Source: an uncultured Acidobacteriota bacterium
GTDB taxonomy: Bacteria; Acidobacteriota; Terriglobia; UBA7540
NCBI GenBank assembly: GCA_963804995.1
Contig: CAWDSK010000006.1
Location: 1,184,001-1,248,000, forward strand
Direction of reading: 5' to 3'
DNA length: 64,000 nucleotides
Part shown: piece after piece, positions 18,564 to 29,686 of the stretch
Layout: each line of letters begins with the position of its first letter
Numbering within the stretch: the stretch's first letter is position 1
The notes under the pieces: generated by a model
The model's database searches: none
What the model saw: the letters and a program-made list of their open reading frames with translations, nothing else
What the model was told of the DNA's origin: nothing
Translations under genes and position numbers: made by a program

Positions 18564-19178
18564 CTACTGCCCCAGGTAGGCGCGTACGAGGTAGGAGATT
18601 CCCATCACCAGCAGGAGGATGTTTGCGGCCAGGAAGAGGTGCTGCTTGAAGACTCTGTGCAACCCCGCGCCCCAGGCCATGAGGTAAGTCGAAACCACCG
18701 CCGCCCCATAATATCCCACCAGGCCGCCGACAAAGAACGGCACGATGTGTCCGTAGCCATGCACGCGACCTTCTGCCAGGATGGGCCCGGCGATGGTAAC
18801 CCAATAAATCCAAGTCCCCGGCGCGGCGACCTCTGAGAGCAAGGCAACGGAAACGCCCGCGGCCGTGTAAGTGGCAGAATTCGCCACTTCCTCCTTTGTC
18901 TTGCGGCGCAATTCCCACAGGGCGTGGCTGGCAAATCCAATCAGGACCAGGCCCCCCAAGTAAGCAACGTAGTGGACGATGCCCATGGGGATGAAACGGA
19001 AGAAGAATAGGGTCACGAACAGGAAGGCGGCGTCAACAAACAAGGGCGGCACAGTCAGCACGAAGATGGCGCGCCCCCACCGGCCCATTGCTACTTGGGT
19101 CAGCGCGATCATATGCAGAGGGTTGGGCAGCATCCCGCCCACCACCCCCATTCCGGCGCCGAGGATCAGCAGGTCCAT
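18564..19178 (-). CDS. LysE-like membrane transporter
   Basis: About 200 aa, multiple transmembrane segments, LysE-like N-terminal G...PNP motif. Confidence 0.6.
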   Translation of the reverse strand: MDLLILGAGMGVVGGMLPNPLHMIALTQVAMGRWGRAIFVLTVPPLFVDAAFLFVTLFFFRFIPMGIVHYVAYLGGLVLIGFASHALWELRRKTKEEVANSATYTAAGVSVALLSEVAAPGTWIYWVTIAGPILAEGRVHGYGHIVPFFVGGLVGYYGAAVVSTYLMAWGAGLHRVFKQHLFLAANILLLVMGISYLVRAYLGQ

Positions 19179-19664
19179 AAGAGCGACCCGCGATGTTATG
19201 CGGTTGAGCGTAGAATGTAAAGAGCCGCCATGCCGATTTGGCGGCAGAGAGGCTTGGAACCCGGACCGGGCTTTGCAAAAGTTACCGACACTTTAGCTCC
19301 CGCGCGGGGTTGTAGACCTTTGCTCGCGGATGGTGGTCCCTTTGCTGCATTGGAGAGAGTCAAAGCATTAGGTAAATCGGATCCGGGATTACGGGGACCA
19401 CGGTGGGGGTTTGAAAAACCGGAGGATCACGTAACCCAGGCTGCCTCCTCAAACGTCTATGAGGAAAGTTGACATTGTCCCGGGGAGAAAGTGCGCCGGG
19501 GGAACCCTCATGCAAGCGAATTCCGGCAACATCTCCGGGGGTTGAGGCCAAGGAAAAAATCCCCGCACTGACGTGTAATTCTGGCATCATTAAGGTTCAG
19601 TTTTCCCCAAGAGCACTGGTTGTCACAAGAAGCGGTACTAATCGTCTAAGGTCAGGAGCCGTGA

Positions 19665-20915
<1,251 letters not shown>

Positions 20916-21035
20916 CCATTGTCATGGCTTAACTCACTGAAATAGAATGACACGGAATGACACTCGCGCATCAAGCACAGTGTCAAGATTGTCCGGGAAG
21001 TAACACTTTGCGGTTGGCAACCGTTAATAGATCAG

Positions 21036-22229
21036 ATGTACAAATCCACCGATGGGCAGCACCCCCGGATCCTTATTTTGACCTTGCACCACGGGTCAAC
21101 TCACGTGCGGATTTCCCGCGCCCTCGAAAAAGCTCTTCTCCATTTGCGGCCAAACCTAAAAGTTGAAGTTGTGGATGCGCTGGCGCATTGCGCGCCATGG
21201 TTCCGGGCCTATTACAATTCGTATGAGCTTCCGCTGAAATACTGGCCAGGACTTTGGGATTACATCGAAAGCCACCAGTTTAGCGGCGAGACCAGCGGGC
21301 CGTGGTGGCTTTATCGATGGGGCGCCCGCCCGCTGTTCCGGTACATCGAGGCTTTCAAGCCTGACGTGGTCGCCGCCACCGAAGTCGGCCTCGGAGAGAT
21401 TGCCGTCATTCACAAGCGCCAAACGAAAGCTCGGTATTCTTTGGTGGGCATGGAGACTTTCGCCTATGAGCGCCCGTGGGCGCAGCCGGAGATTGACCTG
21501 TTCATATCCTACCCAGGGGAAGTCGCCGCGCAGATCAGAAGCCTGGGTGTGCGGCCGGAAAAGATCTTGGAATGCGGAGTCCCAGTGGATCCGGCGTTTG
21601 GCATGTGTTCCAATCGGTCCGCCCTGCGCGCGCGCCTCGGACTTCATGATGATCTACCCACGCTCCTGGTCAATTTTGGTGGGTCGGGAAAAGTCAAACC
21701 ACGCGAAGTGGTATCCGAACTCCAGAAAGTTCAGCAGCCCATCCAGGTGGTCTTCATCTCGCGGCGTGATGAAAGCCTTCGAAAAGAGCTTCTGCGACTT
21801 TCCGAAGACATGGCCCACGCGCATGTTCTGAGCTGGGTGGATAACATGCACGAGTGGATGGCGGCGGCGGACTTGCTCGTCAGTCGTGCCGGGGGCGGTA
21901 TCGTGGCGGAGTCGCTGAATTGCGGGTTGCCGATCCTGGTGTTCGACGCCCCTCCCGGCAACGAACGTCGCTTCTGCCAATTGATTGAAGAAAGTTGGCA
22001 TACAGGTTACTGGGTGAAGCAGCCCGGTGAGCTAGCCGCGCGAATAGAGCATCTGCTTCGACGAACGGACGATCTTGAGCGGCTCCGCAGCAACGCGCGC
22101 CAGCATGCTTACCCGGACGCCGCCCGCACCGCCGCGGAGGCCATTTTGCATCTGCGCAATGAGCCTGCGGACGAGGGCTCCAGCCCAAGCTGGACAAACC
22201 TTCCCACGATCGGCATAGAAAGCCGGTAG
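21036..22229 (+). CDS. MGDG synthase/UgtP-like glycosyltransferase (GT28), paralog 1
   Basis: GVPVDPAF, NFGGSG, WVDNMHEWMAAADLLVSRAGG, PPGNE. Confidence 0.85.
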   Translation: MYKSTDGQHPRILILTLHHGSTHVRISRALEKALLHLRPNLKVEVVDALAHCAPWFRAYYNSYELPLKYWPGLWDYIESHQFSGETSGPWWLYRWGARPLFRYIEAFKPDVVAATEVGLGEIAVIHKRQTKARYSLVGMETFAYERPWAQPEIDLFISYPGEVAAQIRSLGVRPEKILECGVPVDPAFGMCSNRSALRARLGLHDDLPTLLVNFGGSGKVKPREVVSELQKVQQPIQVVFISRRDESLRKELLRLSEDMAHAHVLSWVDNMHEWMAAADLLVSRAGGGIVAESLNCGLPILVFDAPPGNERRFCQLIEESWHTGYWVKQPGELAARIEHLLRRTDDLERLRSNARQHAYPDAARTAAEAILHLRNEPADEGSSPSWTNLPTIGIESR

Positions 22230-22316
22230 GGACCATTGCATTGCGGTTGGGTTGCGGGATGCGGCCCTGCCCCAGGGCTAGCCCGCAATTCTCACCACGG
22301 GCAAGCGAACCGAAGC

Positions 22317-22430
22317 TTGGAGTGCGGCGACTCGTCGCCGCTTTCCAACGCCGCGACTCGTCGCGGCGAATCACTCAGCGCTGACGAGTCAGCGGTAGAA
22401 AAAGCGGGAGCGAGCTCCCGCACTCCGAAA
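22317..22430. repeat. GGAG-type REP composite element, copy 2
   Basis: Matches 7101-7216. Confidence 0.88.
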
Positions 22431-22615
22431 TTTGCCTCCGCGCGCCCGGACAAGCTGTTCGATCGTGGCGGGCGCGGAAACCATCAGAAAGGGCCTTTAA
22501 CGACGGGGGTTAAACCCCGCCCTTCCAAAGCCGTGATGAGAAATGCGGGCTAGGTGCACAAAATTTGCTCCTCGGCAACCCCCTCACCAGCCTGCGGGCC
22601 GAAAGCTGAATCTTT

Positions 22616-22676
22616 GTAGCGCGGGTGTCCCCACCCGCGTCCCCAGCAATCGCGGGTGGGGACACCCGCGCTACAA
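22616..22676. repeat. GTAG-type REP doublet (different family)
   Basis: tgtagcgcgggtgtccccacccgcg ... cgcgggtggggacacccgcgctaca. Confidence 0.88.
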
Positions 22677-22858
22677 CCCGGCCGCCACGCTGCCGCAGGG
22701 CCCAGGTCTGCGATTCACTTTCAGCAGAGGCCTTCAGGAACGCATTGACCCTGAACCCGAACAACGTTAGGATGCGGGCGTTGATTTTGTTGATTGCTTC
22801 CGTGATATGGGCCGTGGGACCTTGTGCCCGCAGCAGCCACCTCTAATCAGTAGTTATC

Positions 22859-24025
22859 ATGACAGAGCCCGTCAGAGCTCAGCCACCCCGCACCCTCATC
22901 CTCACGGTGCGCCATGGATCAGCCCACGTGCGCATTTCCCAGGTCCTTCGACAGGCGCTTCTCGATTTGCGACCCGATCTCAAAGTTGACGTGGTGAATG
23001 TGCTCGCGCATTGCCGGGCGTGGTTCCGGGCTTACTACAATGCGTTTGAAATCCCCCTCAAGTATTGGCCCCGGCTCTGGGAGTACATCGAGAACCGGCA
23101 GCATCTCAGCGAATCCACAAGCCCCCAGTGGCTCTACCGGTGGGGAGCACAGCCACTCTTCCGGTTCATCGAATCGACCGACCCGGACGTTGTGGTTGCC
23201 ACTGAGGTGGGCTTGTGCGAGATCGCCGTCCTGCACAAGCGCCAGGCGAAAGCCCGCTATTCCTTGGTCGGTGTGGGGGTCCTCGACTTCGATCGGGCCT
23301 GGGCGCAGCCAGAGGTTGATCTGTTCACGTCGTTCCCGGGAGAAATCGCCGCCCAATTGAAAGGTCTGGGGGTACCACAGGAAAAAATCCTCGAGTGCGG
23401 AATGCCCGTGGATCCGGCATTTGGGCGGTGTCCCGACCTACCGACCTTACGCGATCGCCTGGGCCTCGACCGGGATATTCCCCTCCTGCTGGTTAATTTC
23501 GGGGGTACAGGAAAAATGAATCCCCGGCAGGTGGTTCCTGAACTCCGCAGGATTCAGCGGCCAGTCCAATTGGTTTTCATTTCCCGGCGTGATGAGAAGC
23601 TTCGCAGAGAACTTCTGCGTCTCACCGCAGGCATGCCGCACGTGCAGGTTCTCGGATGGGTAGACAACCTGCCGGAGTGGATGGCTGCGGCCGATTTGCT
23701 GGTGGGCCGGGCGGGCGGCTGCACCGTGGCGGAGGCTCTCAACTCCGGCTTACCGCTGCTCGTGTTCGGCGCTCCCCCCGGTGACGAACAACGCGCCTGC
23801 GAGTTGATTGAGAACAAATGGCAGACGGGCTATTGGGCGAAGCGCCCCCAGGACATCGCACCTCTGATTAACCGCATGCTCGCCCAGCCGGAAGAACTTG
23901 GCCGTCTGCGCTGTAACGCCAGGCGCCATGCCCACCCTGACGCCGCGCGTGACGCCGCAGAAGCAATCCTGATGCTCTGTGGACCGCCCCATGGTTCTCC
24001 CCTCGCAAAACACTCGTGTGGATAG
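22859..24025 (+). CDS. MGDG synthase/UgtP-like glycosyltransferase (GT28), paralog 2
   Basis: Collinear with and highly similar to paralog 1 (GMPVDPAF, NFGGTG, MAAADLLVGRAGG). Confidence 0.85.
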   Translation: MTEPVRAQPPRTLILTVRHGSAHVRISQVLRQALLDLRPDLKVDVVNVLAHCRAWFRAYYNAFEIPLKYWPRLWEYIENRQHLSESTSPQWLYRWGAQPLFRFIESTDPDVVVATEVGLCEIAVLHKRQAKARYSLVGVGVLDFDRAWAQPEVDLFTSFPGEIAAQLKGLGVPQEKILECGMPVDPAFGRCPDLPTLRDRLGLDRDIPLLLVNFGGTGKMNPRQVVPELRRIQRPVQLVFISRRDEKLRRELLRLTAGMPHVQVLGWVDNLPEWMAAADLLVGRAGGCTVAEALNSGLPLLVFGAPPGDEQRACELIENKWQTGYWAKRPQDIAPLINRMLAQPEELGRLRCNARRHAHPDAARDAAEAILMLCGPPHGSPLAKHSCG

Positions 24026-24089
24026 TAGGTGTTTTTTCCGGTAAACTGCGAATTCCTCACGGTAATCAATCTGGACAAGGAGACACCTC

Positions 24090-24920
24090 ATGCGGCAGGT
24101 CATACCTCTAATGGCAGTCGTCCTGGTTTTTGGTGCAAACCTTTCCCTCCGGGCGCAGTCGACAGCGCCGCCAGCGCAATCAACCGCTGCCACTCCCCAT
24201 CAACATGCGGGCATGGAGATGAGCGGGATGCAGCACGATCATATTTCCATGGGTAATGAGGAGAAAGGCGGCATTCCCCATTGGTCGGACGCTGAATGGT
24301 CGATATTCAATCATCGCGGGGCGGGCTGGTTCCTGTTATTCTGGGGTCTCACCGGTTTGATCGCGGGGCTGCAATGGCCGCGCCGGACGTGGTGGCGATT
24401 CGTACCGCCCCTCGTGCTCTTCGGTATGGTTGAGTTCCTTGTCCTCCGGAACGACCCCGAGGCCTGGCCGACCGGACCCATTGGCCTTTGGGCGAGCCTC
24501 AACGACCCCGAAGTCCTGCAACACCGCGTCTTTGTGCTGCTGCTTCTGGCCATGGCGATCGTCGAACTACTGCGCGCGGCCGACCGCTTGCCCCCGTTTT
24601 TCCAAAAGTATTCGCTGCCCGCGCTCGCCGTGTTCGGCGGGATCTACCTTTTCTTCCACAAACATGGCGGCGCCGAAATGGCCAACATGATGGAGCAGAT
24701 GAAGGATCCTGCGATGGGTGCGAGCCCGGGCATGCAACGGATGATGGCCTCGATGGATATGATCCGTCACGAGCACCTGTGGTTTTCGCTGATTGGATTC
24801 GGCCTCGCGGCGGCCAAACTCCTGGGAGATACGGGACGCCTCAAAGGGCGGTGGGGAGCGGTGCTGTGGTCGTTGTTCGCGATCGTTCTGGGAATATATA
24901 TGACCGGGTATACCGAGTGA
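24090..24920 (+). CDS. His/Met-rich integral membrane protein, possibly metal (copper) handling
   Basis: Signal peptide, HQHAGMEMSGMQHDH, several transmembrane helices carrying His (FNHR, QHR, FHKH, HEH). Confidence 0.6.
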   Translation: MRQVIPLMAVVLVFGANLSLRAQSTAPPAQSTAATPHQHAGMEMSGMQHDHISMGNEEKGGIPHWSDAEWSIFNHRGAGWFLLFWGLTGLIAGLQWPRRTWWRFVPPLVLFGMVEFLVLRNDPEAWPTGPIGLWASLNDPEVLQHRVFVLLLLAMAIVELLRAADRLPPFFQKYSLPALAVFGGIYLFFHKHGGAEMANMMEQMKDPAMGASPGMQRMMASMDMIRHEHLWFSLIGFGLAAAKLLGDTGRLKGRWGAVLWSLFAIVLGIYMTGYTE

Positions 24921-24926
24921 CTCCCG

Positions 24927-25869
24927 CTAGACAAGCACCAGATTGGGATGATAGACGCTGCCTGAGACATGTCGGGCCACGGCGATCAGACGGCGCTCAG
25001 GATTGAGGATTTTGAGGAGGGTTGCGGCCGGCGAGGACCCCGGCGCTTCGCCACGGCCCGGACGCAGGGCCTGGGCAAGTTCAAACGTGCATCCATGCCG
25101 CACAGCAGCCTCCTCGCGGCCACGCACCATCAACTCAGGACAATTCGGCAAAAGGGCTTCCAACCGCACCAGGCAGGAATCCAGCTTTCCCTCTCTTGCA
25201 GCTCCCTCGAGGCGTTCCAGGGTGACGGCCTGGCTCTCCGTAAATTCCGCTACGGCGGTGCGCCGCAGACACGCTAGGTGCCCTCCACAGACCAGTTTCC
25301 GGCCCAAGTCGTGGGCAAGGGAACGAACGTATGTCCCGCCGGAGCACTCCACCGCGAATCGCACCTGTCCACCGTCCACCCCCTGGAGTTCCAGCGCGTA
25401 GATCTCAACTTCGACCGGCGTCAGGCTGAAAGGCTTGTGCTGGCGAGCCAGCTCGTAGGCGCGCACTCCACCCACGCGCTTGGCGGAATAGGGCGGCGGG
25501 GTTTGCATCAACCGGCCCGTGAATCCCTGGAAGATTCTTTCCAGAGCCCCCGCGTTCGAGTGAGACCGGCACGGCCTCCGAGGAGGGCTTTCCGGTGGCA
25601 TCGTAAGTGTCAGTCGAATAACCGAAGTGGATCTGGCCTTCGTACGCCTTGCGTGATTTCAGGTAAAACTGCGCGAACCGCGTGGCCTTCCCTACCGACA
25701 CCGGCAGCACGCCCGTCGCGAAGGGGTCGAGGGTTCCGAAGTGACCAACCTGCCGCGTGCCCAGGATTCTGCGGACGTGCGCCACGACGTCATGCGAAGT
25801 GAGGCCCGCAGGCTTGTCCATGACGAGCACGCCGGAGATTTCGGGATGGGTCGAGGCCGGATCACTCAT
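24927..25869 (-). pseudogene. truB: tRNA pseudouridine(55) synthase, frameshifted
   Basis: DKPAGLTSHDVV...GHFGTLDP in one frame; QTPPPYSAKRVGG...CSGGTYVRSLA in another. One extra G in the G5 run at 25547-25551. Confidence 0.85.
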
Positions 25870-25894
25870 GGGTAAGGACGGGGACTGTTGCCTT

Positions 25895-26260
25895 TCACTC
25901 CGAAGGTGAGCTTTCCTTATGGATTTTCTGAAGGATCATTTCTATCTCTTCGCCCTCTTCGGTGCCGTGGTCCAGAACAAAAGTAAGCTCCGGAGCGCGC
26001 CGCAGCGCCAGCCGATGCCCGATTTCATGACGAATGAATGCCGCCGCTGAGGACAAACCTTCGATCGTCCCCTGTTGCTCCTCGGCGCTTCCGATCACGG
26101 AAACCAGCACTCGGGCATGATGAAGGTCCCCGCTCACTTCCACGCGCGTCACCGTGGCGAACCCGATGCGCGGATCCTTAAGTTCCCGGGTGAGCATTTC
26201 CGCCATCTCCACCCGAATCTGGTGACCCAGCCGCTCTGCCCGGCGTCCCGGTAAACTCAT
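25895..26260 (-). CDS. rbfA: Ribosome-binding factor A
   Basis: LKDPRIG...VTRVEVSGDL...LRRAPELTFVLD; operon context. Confidence 0.93.
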   Translation of the reverse strand: MSLPGRRAERLGHQIRVEMAEMLTRELKDPRIGFATVTRVEVSGDLHHARVLVSVIGSAEEQQGTIEGLSSAAAFIRHEIGHRLALRRAPELTFVLDHGTEEGEEIEMILQKIHKESSPSE

Positions 26261-26289
26261 GGGGTTCCCCTGTTACAAGTGCCAAGCAA

Positions 26290-26361
26290 CCGAAAGACGA
26301 AAAACGAAACTCGAAATTCGAAACTCGCCACGATTTTCGAGTTTCGATTTTCGAATTTCGG
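26290..26361. repeat. Inverted heptamer hairpin: (NCGAAAN)n / (NTTTCGA)n
   Basis: acgaaac tcgaaat tcgaaac tcg-cca-cga ttttcga gtttcga ttttcga atttcgg. Confidence 0.9.
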
Positions 26362-26388
26362 TCCTTGCAGGCCCGGTACCCGTCACTT

Positions 26389-26670
26389 CTAGAAAAACTC
26401 CAACGTGTGGTCAGCCACGTCGTCGCCCAGAACCTTTTCGGATTCCGCCAGCACCTGGCGAAAGACCGACTCGAGAAGAATCTGGCTATCGGAAATTGAC
26501 ACTACACCCAGCGTGGCGTGCTGCCAGACGTCCTCATGGTCAAGCTCCGCCACGGCCACGTTAAAACGCGCCCGAAGGCGGTCCCGCATTTTTCGCAGGA
26601 CCGCACGCTTTTCTTTAAGTGAGTGCGCGTAGGGGAGCTGGATTTCCAGGGTCAATACGCCAACCGGCAT
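26389..26670 (-). CDS. DUF503 (YlxP-like) protein
   Basis: AHSLKEKRAVL...FNVAVAELDHEDVWQ; located between infB and rbfA. Confidence 0.88.
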   Translation of the reverse strand: MPVGVLTLEIQLPYAHSLKEKRAVLRKMRDRLRARFNVAVAELDHEDVWQHATLGVVSISDSQILLESVFRQVLAESEKVLGDDVADHTLEFF

Positions 26671-26728
26671 CAGTTCAGCCCCTCCGTCTGGAGGCCCGGG
26701 GTAGGGCGTCAGGATAAAGATGCGATAA

Positions 26729-26787
26729 TTGAAATTCGAAACTCGAAATCCGGTCCCTCACTCACGAGTTTCGAATTTCGATTTTCG
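26729..26787. repeat. Inverted heptamer hairpin
   Basis: ttgaaat tcgaaac tcgaaat ... gagtttcgaatttcgattttcg. Confidence 0.85.
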
Positions 26788-26808
26788 TCCTTTCTCTGGC
26801 CCCCAGCC

Positions 26809-29598
26809 TCACGCCATGGCAGGCTCGGCCACCCTCTCCTTCACGTAGGACTCAATCACGTCACCAACCTTAACGTCATTGTAGTTCTCGAGCGAAATCC
26901 CGCATTCCATTCCGGATTTCACTTCTGACACATCTTCCTTGAAGCGTCGCAGCGATCGGATCTTGCCCTCGTGCACCACCACGTTGTCGCGCAGCAGGCG
27001 GATCTGGGATTCGCGCGTGATCTTGCCATCCAGAATATAACATCCGGCGACAGTTCCAACCTTGGTTATACGGAAAGTATCGCGAACGTCGGCACGCCCG
27101 AGCGAGATCTCTTTGTACGTGATGGCCAGCAAGCCCACCATGGCTTTCTTGATTTCCTCGGTCACGTTGTAAATGATGGTGTGCAGTCGGATATCGACAC
27201 TTTCAAGCTGCGCTAGTTCCGTCGCTTTGCGTTCCGGCCGAACGTTGAAACCGATGATGACGGCATTGGAAGCCGAGGCCAACAGCACATCGGACTCCGT
27301 AATGGCTCCCGCCCCGGCATGGATCACCTTGATCTTCACTCTATCGGTACTCAGCTTGACCAAAGTCTCGGCGAGAACTTCCACCGAACCTTGCACATCA
27401 GCTTTGATGATAAGGGGTAGGTCTTTGACATCGCCGGCCGCCAGTTGCGCATGCAACTGTTCCAGCGTAAGGCGCGCGCTCTTGGCCATGGCCGCATCGC
27501 GCAGCTTCCCCTGCCGGTGCAAGGCGATCTGCCGCGCTTTGAAGGTATCCTCGATCACTTGCAGGCGATCGCCGGCCTGGGGCACATCCTCCAACCCCAG
27601 GACTTCTGCGGGGGTGGAAGGCGGAGCCTCCAGGATAGGCCGCCCGTGGTCGTCAAACAAGGCGCGCACCTTGCCGTAAATAGCCCCGACAATGAAGGAG
27701 TCTCCCACACGCAGGGTTCCATTTTGAATCAGCACGGTGGCGACCGGGCCGCGCCCACGGTCGAGTTTGGCTTCCAGCACCGTCCCAGAGGCCAGCCGCT
27801 GGGGATTCGCCTTGAGGGCTTGCATATCCGCCACCAACAAAATCATTTCGAGCAGCAGGTCCAGGTTCTTGCGTTGCTTGGCGGAAACCTCAACCGTCAC
27901 GGTCTGCCCACCCCACTCTTCTGGCATCAGATTGTGGTCCGCCAACTGGCGCTTGACACGTTCCGGCTGGGCTTCGGGCTTGTCGATCTTGTTTACGGCG
28001 ACGACAATGGGAACCTTTGCCGCCCGCGCGTGGTTGATGGCTTCGAGCGTTTGGGGCATGACGCCGTCATCCGCCGCCACCACCAGCACCACGACATCCG
28101 TGACCCGGGCGCCCCGCGCGCGCATCAAGGTAAAGGCCTCGTGACCGGGGGTGTCGATAAAAGTCACTTTGCGCCCCTGCCCTACGACCTGGTAAGCACC
28201 GATGCTCTGGGTAATGCCGCCCGCTTCGTGCGCAGCCACATTCGTTTCACGAAGCGCGTCCAGAAGGGAGGTCTTTCCGTGGTCAACGTGGCCCATGACG
28301 GTCACAACCGGGGCGCGCGGCTGAAGGTCCTCCGCCCGATCCGACTCCTCGACTTCCTGGAGGACTTCTTCCTCGTAAGTGACGATGGTGGCCTCTGCGC
28401 CAAAGCCCCGCGAGATTTCCACGGCCGTCTGGCCATCGAGCGTCTGGTTAATGGTAGCGAAAATACCCTTGTCCAGGAGGCGCTTGATGACGTCTTTGGC
28501 GCGCGCCTCGAGCTTTTCGGAAAGCTCTTTGATCGCGATTCCTTCGCTGATCTGGATTTTCCGCGTGATGGGGACTTCCTCCGGAACCACCGGCCGGGGT
28601 GGCGCATAAGAGGGCGTCGAAGGACTTCGCCGCATCAGGGGCGGCGCCGGTCTGCCGGAAGGCGGCCGCACGGCGGGAACCCCTCCCATCGCCACCACGC
28701 CAGGCGCACCCGTGGGGCGAGCTGAGGTGGGATGCATGGGCCGCGGCTCACCGGGGCGCCGCGATGGCAGAGGCCGCGCCGGAGCGGGTTTCGGCATCAC
28801 CGCCTGAGGATAGATTGGCTGATTCGAAGTAGGATCGGCATGCCGCAGCGATCGCACCGGGCGCATCGACTTCAGATGAGGAGCCGCGGGAGTTATGGTA
28901 AGAGGCACCTCAGGAGCCTTGGCCAGCAGAGCGGGCTCAGCTCCGCCGCTTGCACGGGCAACAGGAGCAGTGGGCGCTACACCCCCGCCTTTCAACGGCA
29001 TGCCTGGCACCAAAGGCCGTCCCGGCGTTGGCCGGACAGCCGGCGGTACGGCCAGGGGTGGCGCCATTCGTTTCACAACGGCGGGAGCAACCGCGGCCGG
29101 TGGCGGCGTGGCTACAACCGGTAGCGCCACGGGTTGGGGCTTTTCCACGGGCCGCTCCACAGGGGGCGCCTTCGGCGCCACTGGCGCACTCACAGGTCCA
29201 GTGGCAGCGGGTGGCGCGACAAGGGGACGCGGCGCAGGGGGCGGCGAGGGAGGTACAACCGCTTTGCGAGCCGCCGCCTTGATCTCAGCAATCGAACGGG
29301 TGAGCGGATGAAGGTCCGGCTTGAGCTCGTGCAGTTTCTTCAGATCCAATATAGGATGCACATCCGGAGTTTCCACTGGGTGGGCAGGAGGTTCAGAAGC
29401 GGCAGGTATCTCCGCAACTTTTTCGGCAGGCGCTCCGTCGGCGCGAAAATGTGCCCGGATCTTGTCGGCAAGATCGTCTTCAAGCGCGCTGGAATGCGAC
29501 CGTTTTTCCTGGATGCCTATTTCCAATAGGTACTCCAGGACCACGTTGCTCTTCACTTCCAGCTCACGAGCCAGTTCGTTGATCCTAATCTTCCCCAT
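26809..29598 (-). CDS. infB: Translation initiation factor IF-2
   Basis: [13 protein letters not shown]; Pro/Ala-rich linker; [21 protein letters not shown]. Confidence 0.96.
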   Translation of the reverse strand: MGKIRINELARELEVKSNVVLEYLLEIGIQEKRSHSSALEDDLADKIRAHFRADGAPAEKVAEIPAASEPPAHPVETPDVHPILDLKKLHELKPDLHPLTRSIAEIKAAARKAVVPPSPPPAPRPLVAPPAATGPVSAPVAPKAPPVERPVEKPQPVALPVVATPPPAAVAPAVVKRMAPPLAVPPAVRPTPGRPLVPGMPLKGGGVAPTAPVARASGGAEPALLAKAPEVPLTITPAAPHLKSMRPVRSLRHADPTSNQPIYPQAVMPKPAPARPLPSRRPGEPRPMHPTSARPTGAPGVVAMGGVPAVRPPSGRPAPPLMRRSPSTPSYAPPRPVVPEEVPITRKIQISEGIAIKELSEKLEARAKDVIKRLLDKGIFATINQTLDGQTAVEISRGFGAEATIVTYEEEVLQEVEESDRAEDLQPRAPVVTVMGHVDHGKTSLLDALRETNVAAHEAGGITQSIGAYQVVGQGRKVTFIDTPGHEAFTLMRARGARVTDVVVLVVAADDGVMPQTLEAINHARAAKVPIVVAVNKIDKPEAQPERVKRQLADHNLMPEEWGGQTVTVEVSAKQRKNLDLLLEMILLVADMQALKANPQRLASGTVLEAKLDRGRGPVATVLIQNGTLRVGDSFIVGAIYGKVRALFDDHGRPILEAPPSTPAEVLGLEDVPQAGDRLQVIEDTFKARQIALHRQGKLRDAAMAKSARLTLEQLHAQLAAGDVKDLPLIIKADVQGSVEVLAETLVKLSTDRVKIKVIHAGAGAITESDVLLASASNAVIIGFNVRPERKATELAQLESVDIRLHTIIYNVTEEIKKAMVGLLAITYKEISLGRADVRDTFRITKVGTVAGCYILDGKITRESQIRLLRDNVVVHEGKIRSLRRFKEDVSEVKSGMECGISLENYNDVKVGDVIESYVKERVAEPAMA

Positions 29599-29686
29599 GC
29601 TTGGTTCTTTTTCTCCCTTACGTCTGCCCAATCACTCGATGGCAAAAATCTGCGGGCCGGTTCTAGCAAAGCCTAGCAGCCTTATT

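Noticed and set aside
19455..19520. RNase P RNA, suggested by GAGGAAAGT
   Set aside because: The following conserved motifs and P4 pairing partner were not found.
28580..29400. Pro/Ala-rich low-complexity region in IF-2
   Set aside because: Variable low-complexity N-terminal linkers are a known IF-2 feature.
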